From: Lama glama
Lineage: Eukaryota
DNA: 64,000 bases
Assembly (NCBI GenBank): GCA_028534125.1
Contig: CM052816.1
Coordinates: 23,934,001 to 23,998,000 of the forward strand
Direction of reading: 5' to 3'
Below are positions 52,190 through 64,000 of this stretch, in pieces. Made by a program: the position numbers and the translations under genes. The notes under the pieces are model-generated. The model had not been told where the DNA came from and made no database searches. It saw nothing but the letters and a program-made list of their open reading frames with translations. The number at the start of each line of letters is the position of its first letter. Positions within the stretch are counted from its first letter, which is position 1.

Positions 52190-52790
52190 AAAAATTCATT
52201 CACTTCATTTAGTGTATTTACACACTCAACAACATTAAGTGCTAAACAATGTTGTAAGCCCTGCCTAAGGTCATGCCCCCAGGGTGCTCCCAGGCTGGTG
52301 TAAAACACAGAACAAAGGAATAACTCTGATGCAGATGGTGAGGCTATGGCAGGGGAAAGTGGGTGAGCACAGAGGGGTACAGTAGAGAGGACAGACCCCT
52401 AATGCAGCCTGGTGGCCTCAGAGAAAACTTCCCAGAGCAGGTTCTCAGCTTTCTTTTGAGGAAAAAGATCAGGGACAGACCAGCCAGTGAAAATGGGATA
52501 TTCAACTTCTTGGAAGCAAAAAAAAGAGCCCTGTGCAGATGTTTAGTCTGGTTGGAGTAGATAGTTGAAGGCATGGGGCAGTGGGAGCTGAAAATGAACC
52601 TAGAGGGAAGCATGAAAGAACACGCTGAAGCACCTGGAGCATATCCAGAAAAAATAGGGAGCCAAGTGGTGGTGTGAAGCAGAAGAGCAATACCATCAAA
52701 TCTTGTTTTAAAACCTTCAACCTGGCTTTAGTGTGGAGACGGGTCAGAATGATGTAGTATGGGAGCAGAGACAAAGGAGAAACCTGTTTT
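52190..52790 (+). mobile_element. L2 LINE remnant
   Basis: ATTCATTCACTTCATTTAGTGTATTTA...AGTGTGGAGACGGGTCAGAATG; degraded L2-like text; strand uncertain. Confidence 0.5.
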
Positions 52791-55700
52791 AATAATGTGA
52801 ACTATATGATCATTTTGGCCTGTCTACAAAGTCCAGATCTGAGTTAGAGAACTAAAGAGAATAGAGATTTGGACTCAGGTTAAGGGGCCTTTGCTTGGGT
52901 TTACTGAAAGAACTAGCAAAGAAACAGTGCAAAAGAGGGACAATGTAAGGATACAAGTTGGTGGATGTACTCTGAGGTGGCCCCCTAGTTCCTCAGGAAT
53001 GCACTCAACACCTTACAGAGATGTGGAGAGAGAAATTCGCCTTAGAATAAGGGAGCCCAGATACTTGGTCCACATTAGTACCCAATCCACCTCTGCCAGG
53101 CATGAGAATTCTTCCTTTGCCCTGACTTAATAATCCCAGTCTCACAGTGTAGGAAATAGGAACTGACATCATAGCTAATCTATTGGTTGGAGAGAGGTAG
53201 AGATTTGAATTTTTCAGGAGAATAACGTCAATAGGACTGGGTGATGGACTGTCTTGGGGGCTGAGCAAGACGAGAGCCACTCACTTTGTCCTAATTGCTT
53301 AAATATTGTCTTCTTAATTCTATGTCCAGAGAGATGTGGAAGAAAGAGCTCACATGAACTGAACACTTCCCACATGCCACTTATTTACATATATTAACTT
53401 ATTTAAATTTCACAACCCCTCTCTGAAGTGGATAATCTTATCCTCAGCAGAACTGAGGAGCAAGGCTTACAAGGGACTGTGATCCTAGTGAACAACACAG
53501 AGTCAGCACGGGAACCCAGGTCATTCTCTTTTGAAAACCACAGCTACACTTCCATTTCCTCTCAAAGGAGTGCCTTGTCTGTATTTTTATACTCTGCTTC
53601 TTAACGTCTCTGGAAAAATGTGGTGTCCTGTAGTGAGCAGAAAATATTCCATTCAGTATACTATACTGGTGACTTTCTTCATCTTTTTTTTGAAGTTCAA
53701 GAGATAGCTCTTGTTTATCAGCTATTCTAGTGCACGTTCATCCAATAGAACATGTCAGCTCTGTGTGGCACCCTGAGCTCATGTGCAGCTTTCTGCCAAG
53801 GAGCTAATTTTGTGCCATGATTTTAGAAACAGAGGAGTATCTTTGATGTTTTGTAAAAGTTAAGCCTGTTGGAGATAGGAGCATGACTTTTCCTTTATCT
53901 ACAGACTATTATTTGCAAGATAGTGATACCTTTTGGAAACTAATGAATATCTCCATAGATTTATATCTCAGAGTGTACTTTTCCAGGGTAAGAGGGAAAA
54001 AATATTCCATGTAATTTAGGTAATTTCTACTGAGGGGGAGAAATAAAACGTAGAGCACTGCCTTTTTTGCATTTGTCTCAGCCATAACACCTGAGATATT
54101 TAATGGAAGTGATAAATTCAAAAGTGTTGTCTCTTCTAAGGATCAGAAACAAATCCAATCGAGAAATGAAAAAAAAATATAAAAAAGGAAAGGAATAACG
54201 TCAAGTGTATGAAATTTGAAATTATATAAAATCATGGTCTAATTGCTAAGAAAATTTCAAGATACAGGAATTAACATTAATAAAAGACTATTAAAATTGA
54301 CACGGCAAAAAATAGAAAACCTAAAAACAGTTAACTGTGGAATGAAAACAACATAAATTAAGTACTGCTTCTAAAAATGATTTAATCAGATGATTTTATT
54401 GGTAGATTATTTCAGTGGTTCAATGGCTAATTGTCATGTTGGGTTCCAGACCCTGTATCTTACCTTTAACTCATGTTCTAAACAGCTCCTTTATCCTTAT
54501 CCCACACACACACCTTTCCCCAAACCAGCTAGGCTTCTTGTGTTATAAATTTTAGCTTCCACCCTGTGACCCAAGCCAGAAACTTTGATGTCATCCTCAT
54601 TTCATCCCCTAGTCTCTCCTCCTACCCGCACTACATCCTGTTGCCTTTTAAAATCCTTTCTTTCTGAGCTCTCTATTCTTCCTGCTGCTGACTTGGTTCA
54701 ATCCCTTCATCCCCATATTCTCTTACTTGAAACTATAATGCCCTCCCAACAACTGCTGATGCCACCAATGCCAGTAGCTCCCCCTACTATAGTCTGGGAA
54801 TAATGAATGTCTCCTTAAAGCTTTTTTGGGTTTACCATTGTCTGGGTATGGTTCAAGAGTAACAGGGTGAGCTGCTGAGAATTTTATACAACAGAATAGG
54901 AAAAATCAAACTGTTTTTCAATTACTTTGGAAAAAGCATAGTATTCTATTTTGGTGAGTAAAGACTGCTATTGCATTCTAAATGCAACTCTAAATGCATT
55001 TCTAGATACTATAGGTAAAGCAGACTGTTCTGTGATTTCGAATCAACTACCAGGTTTTTATTTTCCTTTGGGCCATACGGACCCAGTGTCAAGGAAAGGG
55101 GAAGGGAAAGAAAGGCTGGTTCTTGTCCCAGGGTTGAGGGGAGGCTGCTCCCTGGTGTGGGTGGGGACTAGGGTAGGAGGCAGTTCCAGGAGAGATACTA
55201 CCCTAAGGAGAAAGGACATGAGGGGTGTGCAGATTGAACTGATGAAGACTAGCGAGTCAGGAATTCTCTGCCAAATACCCTCTGAACACAAACTTTGAAT
55301 TGGGATTGACTGTGGGACTGACTGCTAGGGAAGGGAGTGGATATTAAGCATTCAGCTACAGAGCTTGGGAACCTAGTAAAGGTGTTGGTAGCTTGGATTT
55401 AGCCTGTTCACCTTTGAATCAGCCTTCATCAGCACCTGATGAAGCAGCCAGCCATAGGTGTACCAAAGAACAGAGGCCCTTCCTTAATTTCCTGGACTAC
55501 ATCAACCCCAGAGTCCAAGGGCAAGCCCAAAGGAGAGGGCATGGCTCCTGACAAATAATGAAGTAATTCTAGTGGCCAACATAAAGCACTCTTTTACTAC
55601 AGTAGTTGAACTCAAGATTTGAGTTGTTTTTTTCAGAAGCCATCGAGCACACTATGTAGTGACAAGTCTACCTGAACAATCAAGTCAAGCCTGCAGAGGT

Positions 55701-56054
55701 AAACCAGAGAGAAGAAAAAGGTAGACAGAGCTCTACTGACATTGTTCTGAGTCCCTGCTTACACTAACTTGAGTCCCTGAACTCAGCTGTCTTCTTTGTT
55801 AACCTGCCATAGGTTCTGTTCCTACCACTGAAGATCTAACATAAAGTGAAAACACTGAGGAATGCAGAAGGGAGGTCATTTTCTGAATTCACAGCTGGTG
55901 TGAGAGGAGATGAAAATAAGTGTACTTTGTGGAAGTAACTCAACAAATGAGGCATGGGTAAAGGACGGAGGCAATAATAAAGAAGGGAGGGTTGTACTGA
56001 GAAGGAACGTTTGTGAAGGGGAGGAATTTCACTCAGAACAGATTATTTGGCAGG

Positions 56055-56120
56055 AGCAAAGTATGTTTTAGCAAACCCTCCAGGTGATTCTGATGCACAC
56101 TGAAGTTTGAGGAACCACTG
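56055..56120 (+). mobile_element. MER5-type hAT DNA transposon end
   Basis: TTTTAGCAAACCCTCCAGGTGATTCTGATGCACACTGAAGTTTGAGGAACCACTG. Confidence 0.7.
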
Positions 56121-57866
56121 TTCTAGTCAGTTTCAATACATAATACACCTGTGCTTCCTTACCGTCAGTTTTCTGAAAAACACCCAGTGTAAAATTTATG
56201 TCAACAATTCTAAACTCACAGGTGCATAGACAGTAAATAAAGGATTACCTTTACTGATAGAACAACCATAGAGAAAGACTACCTGAAAGAAAGAGGCCAT
56301 ATGTCTGAGAAAGCTAACAGGAGATGCTAATTAAAATCAACAGATTTTAAAGTTCAGGAAAAAAATACAACTTTCATTCTTCACAATTCACTGTTTACTG
56401 GGAGGTATGACTGCAAGGCTCTTAGCCATAAAGAGGCAAATCTTTCACAATCCATCAAACTCTTTTCTTTCCTAACTTTCCATCCTACTACCCTCAACAA
56501 CTTCAGTTCCCAAATAGTCCTTGTCATCTTTTTAATGTCTTATCTATTAACTCTTCTTAGAAACTCAAAAAGAGTTTTCATGGCTTAAGCAAAATGTTGT
56601 AGGCTTAAAAATAACTTGTGTCTTACTGGCCACTCACATAAACTCCTAAAGCTCGCTCCTTTCCACACTGTCACAATCTCCTTCAAAAATGGCTTACTTG
56701 GGGCTTAATCTTATTTAGAATGTAAAAGAGCAAGTATAATCTTATCTTACAGTAGTTGTTACATGCCATATGTGTACCAGAGGTAAATTAAAAATACACT
56801 GCCTGCCTAATTTTGAAATGTTTTGGTCTGTTAATTAGAGATGTGAGCTGGGTATGAAATTACCCTGTAAACCACTTGCCTTCTTCAGACTGTGTAAGTT
56901 AAGAATAAACCATGTAACAGACTGTGTAACTTCCAGAATAAAATCTCCACAATTCTCCACCCCAAAAGCTTATTTAGCAGTATTCTAATGAAATTCTGTC
57001 AGTTACTATGTCTGGGGCCTCTGCTTTTGCATTCAGTATCCATGGATCACCGATACTTTTCTACAGATCAAAAAAGTAAATTTCATTTGTAGCTCTGGGC
57101 AAAATATCTTGCTAATCTGCATTCATATCTTAGAAGAGTAGAACAGAGGTTATATATATGTTGACAAGAACTAGCATTTTTGGGAATCTGATCTTGAGGA
57201 CAGCAGCCATAAGTAAGCCTGAACAACAGGAGGTGACAAATTCAGAGGCCCTCACATTTCCCTCTAAAACAGTTTTTCCCACCTTGTCTAACACAAAATT
57301 CAAGGGTAGATTCAAGGGCAAAAAAATGGGCTGAAGTTCTTAATGCTACTATATTATAGGCTACCTAAAACTCCTATCCCACAGTGGTCTGTGACCACTG
57401 CCTTCGTGTTCTATAGAGAGCAACAATATCTTCAGGTATTTTAGTAGTCTACCAAAAAAAAAAAAAAAAGGAAGTCAAATTGTTAACCCACGAACACCTT
57501 TTGTGTACCTACTATCTGAACTAGCTAAACAGTACTTTCTGATGAGTATATCCTAGAACTTCTGCTGTCTTTACTCAGTTAAACATTAAACTACTGTCTG
57601 TTCACTCTGACCGGACAAATATCCTGTTGATTTGTAAATAAAGACAGAAATGTATCAAACACATTTATATTCTCTTCCCAGCGAATGAACAACAACAACA
57701 ACAACAAAACCCTGCTGGCTTAAAGATGAATTACATTCCTGTTTTGAAAACCTTTGGATGGTCTAATATTAGGAAATACCACATGCATAGTTGTCTCTGA
57801 ATTCTCTTTTAAAAACTCCCCAGACAATTGGCCTGAAAAGCAGCTTACTGGAGAAGAAGCAAGATC

Positions 57867-57968
57867 ATACAATGCATATATACGTTTGTTTCAGATTAAG
57901 ACAGCGTGTAGCTAACGTATACAATGCATATATACGTTTGTTTCAGATTAAGACAGTGTGTAGCTAAC
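57867..57968. repeat. Near-perfect tandem duplication, period 52 bp
   Basis: ATACAATGCATATATACGTTTGTTTCAGATTAAGACAG(C/T)GTGTAGCTAAC x2. Confidence 0.9.
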
Positions 57969-58319
57969 AACTTGTATTACCTGAGCATATGCTTGCTAGG
58001 CAAAAAGGTATGAGTAGTTTGGAAATGACCAATCTCTCCCAGCCAGTAAGTTATGGATCAGGCAGAAGCACATGTTAAGATGGAGACATCCCTGGAGATG
58101 GAAGATCTGGGCTCTGGGCCAGTAGCCTCTGTTGATTTATCACATAACCTTGGGAAACTTGCTCCAATGCTCCAAGCTACTTTCTCAATGGTAGAAGAGA
58201 AATAAGCTGTCTTGCACATATAATATACCTACTGTAATGTTCAAATGAGAAAGTAAAAAAGCTTTGTAAAACTTGAAACTACCTTTGCCAAAAATTTTCT
58301 AAAGAATCAGATTATATTC

Positions 58320-61300
58320 ACAAATTATGAATCTATTTTAATCTTCTAGTTTCCTAATTCATAAACATGTGATTTAACCCAAAGATAAATAAAACAGAAT
58401 TAGAAAAGCTATATCATTTACAAAATATTAAAGTGAGCTGCATTTGATATGGCTCAATCACACTGTCAGTATAAAAGTGATTATAACAAAGGCCCTTTAA
58501 AGGTAGTGCACAATTTCAAACAACTTTTCCAAGGTGTGAATAATAAGATAAAAGACTTAAAAAAAAAAACTCAGACATCCATGAAATAAGTTATATAAAT
58601 GAGGTTAAATCACAAAGTTGACATCAATTTATAGTAACAGATAAAATATACGAGTAGACATTAAATAGTTTTAATGAATCCACTTCCTTTATTGCAGTAA
58701 CCTCTGTACAAAGCAGCAACTGCAATACTCAACATTAAAACATTAGAAAAGCATCTGTGTGACAGTTATAGTACAGTATTATCAAAATATTACATTTTTA
58801 AACTTAGTAGATAAACATCCACCAGAGTTCAATTCTTTAAATTATTTTTCCATACTCTTTAAAAATATGTAATGTCAGAAATCATAAAAAAGAATGTAAA
58901 AGGAAACCTAAAGTACAAAATAATGTAACAAATAAATACTTGATTTAATTAACTATTAATAATCAACACCACCATTCTCTCTAAACCCACTGAATTTTTG
59001 CCTATAGAAATAATGAACTGTCATATGCCATTGCATAATTATTTCCAAGTTATCACCAATGATTAGAACTAAAAATTTGGTATTAAAATAATCAAATTCA
59101 GTATAAATAAAATGGAGTAGAATAGCTTCAACACTAGCTAGCATCTCTTAAGAATTAATCGTTCAAATTTATTAGAGCACTACAACAACCTTGAAAATTT
59201 TGATCTGGTGTCTAGTTTTAAGTGAAAGTAATACTTTTTTTTAAAAAGTGAAAAGCTTCTTACATTATTTCACAGACAATATTACCCTCCCCCATTATGC
59301 ATATTTAGATATATTTTATGTACTTTATACACATATGTATGATGTATGACATTTGGTTCCTGCAGTACAGATCACAATTATGGTTTCCTGAATGGAAAAA
59401 CTTAAAAACAAAAAAAAGTAAGTGTACCTGTGCACATTTCAAGATAGCAGCACTCAGTTATGCCCTATTATCCATTTAAAAAGGTCAAACATGATACTGT
59501 TTACTGAATAGTATGACATTTCTACTGTCTTTTCCCCCTCAAACACTACAGAACTTCCAATAAATGGTATGATTCTATGAGTTACAATGTAGGGAAAAAA
59601 TTTTAGATTAACAACCTCATTCTCTTAACATCCTGAATTCAAACTTACTACCAGATCTCCATTTTAATATTAATTTAGTTCATGACTCATGCAGTAAAAA
59701 TACTGCATTATTGACAACAGCAGTGATTTTACAGATTTCTATCAAGATTCATGAAAATCTGCATAAATTCTTTACCAGTGAAATTTGTACCAATGAACAC
59801 ACTGAACAGTACTTTGGATGAAATGTTCTCCATTTCTAACTGAATGAAGTTACATGCCCTTCAAATGATCACCTTTGTTCTCTATGAAATGTGTATCTCT
59901 CAGTCTAACTTTGAACTTATGTTTGCTGAAACAATTTTTAATCTGATTAATCGTGATCACCTTAAAATGCAAAAAACCAGTAACATGTCATTATAAATAC
60001 ACATATGCATCTGTGTATGCATATACATATACACACACACATACAGATATGTAGACATATATCCCTTGAAATGTTTTTAGGAAATCCTTCCTTGAATAAA
60101 AAATGAAAAAACTTCACATTAATAATTGCATATAAAGCTTTTTAGTAACAGTACATATGCACTGTCAAAATTGTACTAGTAGACTATGATGTCAAAACAG
60201 ACATTTCAAAAGCACAAACTGGCAGTTTTTCTTAACACAAAAGTTTTAAAGTATTAAGAATGGGTTAAATTTAAATGTTCAGAATAATCTGTTCAAACCT
60301 GAGTATATTAATTAAGACTAAGTGTACTTGACAATTGAATGAATTAAGCCTAAAAACATTTCACTAAGAAACCGTGGTCCATTTAACCATTTGATGAAAC
60401 ATTAAATATTTTAATGATTTATAAAAGGATGCTTTAGTGAAATTCCATGTAGTGTTTATTGGAATATTCTATTAAACGACAATGCTTTGTCTAATTTTCC
60501 TCCAAAAAATCTTTTAGCATTTCATAAAAGTCCCTCATATTTAAGGAAAACTCTAAATTAGGTAAGATCTTTCTTCTACTAACTACCAATAATCTTGAAA
60601 TTTTTTGCCTAAAGAATGACAACATGTGAATTTTCAGCATGGTTTTTAGAAGTACTGGATAAATCTTCAACATTGCCTAAGATTTCAAGACAGGATAATC
60701 AAATAAAGATATAAATAAAAGCCAATTAGAGTTTGTTTTTTTTTAAAGGTTTATTTGGCCTTTTTTCTCCTTCAATCTACATTTATACAAACTCATGCAA
60801 ACCTAACCTCGGGGTCACATTTTGGTTCCCATTTTTTTCTTGGATTTTTATTAACTTGCCCTAATTTCTCACTTTCTTTAGTGTATCTAACAGACACTTT
60901 TATATAAGTAATAGAAAACATACAGTACTCTCAACACTAATTGTTCAATGGAAGATGAAAAGCAGTGTCCATTTTATTTTAAGGTGAAAAGACTAAAAAT
61001 AAAAAGAGCTAAAGGCAAAGTATGACATTCTACAAATTTATAAAAGAGGATAGATGGATGAAATTTGGTTAATTTCAGAAGGCACCTCAAGGCTAAAGGC
61101 TTTTTGTACTCCTTTCATCAATCAAAAAATAACATACTTTTATTGCTATTCAAGTAGCAAAGGAAAACTTTCATGAGTTTCAGTCCAACAACAAGGAATC
61201 ATCAAGAGTGAGATACAGAATTGACTAAAACTGAAGTCTCCGTACACATATCAATGAAGCAACTTCCCTGTGTGCTTTCAAATTAATGAAATAGTGAAAG

Positions 61301-61415
61301 AAAAGTCACAGTCTGCCATTGTGATGTTAACGTGTCATTGAAGATTTCAGTGATTTCAGTTTCACTAGGCACTGAAGTACCGTGTGGAGGGCTGTCCACT
61401 GTGCGGATAGAACAT
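58320..61415 (-). other. SLC12A2: SLC12A2 3'UTR (~3 kb, end approximate)
   Basis: Very AT-rich, TE-poor stretch after the stop; candidate minus-strand signals AATAAA at 58688-58693 and ATTAAA at 58337-58342. Confidence 0.7.
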
Positions 61416-61592
<177 letters not shown>

Positions 61593-62805
61593 TTAAGTTG
61601 AGAAGAATAAAATGTAATAAAAATTTATAAATTAAGTTACAGTAATAGTAACTAAAAATTACCAAAGTTACAGAATATTTTTGAGTGCAGGGAAATTCTG
61701 CCTATAATATAGCGACTATTATACTCACATATCACTATTCTCATTTTTTTCAAGTTTGAAAAGATTTTTAAAGTATTTCTTCCTGAGAACAGCAAATAAA
61801 TATTTCTGTAAACCGTAACATTTAATATCTAACATTAAACCCCGAACTACCCTTTAGAATTCTTTTAGGAAAAAGGGATGTTTCTACCTGAATTTAGATA
61901 GTGGTAACTATACATGGACAAATGAAATTCAAACACAATTTATTTTACATATTAATGTCCATTTTTTCTTATCTCTCTGGGCTCTCATTTCCATTTGTAG
62001 ATAGTGGTAGTATGTTCAGCCGTTCCACAGAGTGTTTTTCACTAGATTTCGATGTTTTAGTATCTTCTATTACAGATACTTGACTATCATCAGCAAAATC
62101 TACAATTTGCTGGTGTAGAAAATGTTAGTTGTTAAAATAACAACCCTTTGGAATGACTTTATTTCATCATTTGGCATGTGTTCAGAGGTCTGGGCCTTCC
62201 TTACCAATTTAAGGACCCAGACTCTAGGACTGTGTTCAAGAAAAGATCTAGCTAACCTGGTTTAGTGGAGGAAAAGCCAGAGTAAGCATAAAGATCTACA
62301 TTCAATGCAAGGACACGTGTCTATATGTAAAGTTTGTGTGCAGGAACTTGAGGGTGGGGATTCAGATAGGAATCACGTTTTAAAGTTAATTCTCCATGTA
62401 ACTTTATGGGGTTATTTTTAAGAAGAAGCTACCTGGGGTCCGAATTTTAACTTGCAGCTCTCAAACCCTACATATGTTGACTATGCCGTGGTGTTTCCAA
62501 AGCTAAGGAATTTTTAAAAGAAGGGAAAAAGCACAAAGGAAAAATTACAAAATAAACTACTATGATAAAGTACTTAGATCCATACAAACTTCAGACTAAA
62601 ATTTTTATTCTTCTTTCCTCCTATCTTAAATTATTTCTTCATATGCTTAAAGCAAGTGTATTTTTTTAAAAAGTTAATTTTTTCCTCCTTAAACTACTAA
62701 GTAATTATGTATGTTATGTAGATACATATTTGGTAATAGAAATTAATCCTAATTGCATTATCATAAAATGAATACCCCCAAAAATCTTAGTATAGGTATT
62801 ACTTA

Positions 62806-62895
<90 letters not shown>

Positions 62896-63174
62896 TCATT
62901 CCTAGACTTTATGAAAATTAGAAGCTACTGTGGTTCATAAAACTATAAGGAGACAAAAGGAAACCAAAATCAATTTTGATGTAATAAGAATATCTGTTCC
63001 CTAATTTAAAAAAATTAATCCTTTGTACTATCCACATAAAATTCAAACTTCAAGTAGATTTAATTTACACAGCTGGTTCCTCTCATAACCAACTACAGTT
63101 CCTGATACTTCTGTCTTAAGTAAAAAAAAATCATAGGGAAGATTAATGAAAAGGAAGCAGGAAAGAAAGAATAC

Positions 63175-63310
63175 CTTGGTCTTATAAAGTTCAAGCTCAT
63201 TATCTGTTATTCGCCATGGTTCGTCTTCTTTCATTTTATCTGCAACATCTTGTTCTTTATCATCTTCATGAAGTCTGTATGGCTCAATCATTTCATCAAA
63301 AGCTATAATA
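63175..63310 (-). CDS. SLC12A2: NKCC1 (Na-K-2Cl cotransporter 1), third-from-last exon
   Basis: Minus strand tgtaag|T ATT ATA GCT...ACC AAG|gtattc; 136 bp; [45 protein letters not shown]. Confidence 0.93.
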
Positions 63311-64000
63311 CTTACAGAGAATACTGACAATTAACTTTATTTTAAATTACTTAACAATAAGATCTTAAACATTAAATTATAACTTGAAAAGTTAGTGTTT
63401 TCCAGCTATTCTGCTCCCTTCTGTATCCTTAGATAATCACTGTGGGAATTTATTTAGAAAACAGCAATCACTAGTTTCTAAAACTGATTAGAAATTTAGA
63501 ATCATACTCCTAATAACAGAATTGCAATTTTAACTGCTAATGCAGATCTCCTTTTATCTACCCCTGCTCCCACACCCACCACCCTCAATCTAAATAAATT
63601 TCACCCTGTAGCCAAAATAACCCTCTTGAGTAGTTAAGTAAAAGTGTGTTACTCCTTTACTCAAAACACTTAAAAGCTCTCCCAGTTCAAGTTCCAGTGA
63701 ATATAAGTAGTTAAGAAAAGATTAGAATTTTGTGAAGGGAGGAAAGGGCAGATATTAAACATTTAAGAAGATGCAGAATTAATCTCTAGATCTAAAGATA
63801 CTTAACAAGACAGAAGATAGTACAAGAACATGAATAGCACTCTAATCCTCTATGAATGTGAAAAACCTATTTTTCAGTATCAAGTCTCATACAAAGCTCC
63901 TGAAATATATAATTTTATAAGAGGAAAGAAGTCCTCTCCCTGACTGGAACTTACAACGAATATCTTACTGTTTTCTATTTAAAATGAATTTTTCATATCA

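Overview
Mammalian genomic DNA, very probably camelid: it carries a vic-1-like tRNA-derived SINE and a camelid-type L1 3' end. The window holds the convergent 3' ends of two genes. On the + strand is FBN2 (fibrillin-2), with 13 exons visible (human-equivalent exons 52-59 and 61-65, numbered back from the last exon), stop at 24196-24198 and a poly(A) signal at 25711. On the - strand are the last three exons of SLC12A2 (NKCC1), with stop at 61416-61418 and a ~3 kb 3'UTR. The ~32 kb intergenic region contains old TEs, a 5'-truncated FTH1 processed pseudogene and an orphan CpG island built on a ~43-bp degenerate tandem array carrying E-boxes and GC-boxes. Main observations: (1) the FBN2 exon for cbEGF39 (exon 60) is absent from the sequenced bases, and the only gap there is a 500-N spacer with identical 145-bp flanks, so it looks like a false gap; (2) the E-box/GC-box minisatellite CpG island; (3) a GC-AG intron in FBN2; (4) miR-101/144 seed clusters in both convergent 3'UTRs. 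There is no CRISPR array or prokaryotic system. Exon numbers, comparisons with human proteins and repeat family names come from recall, not database searches.
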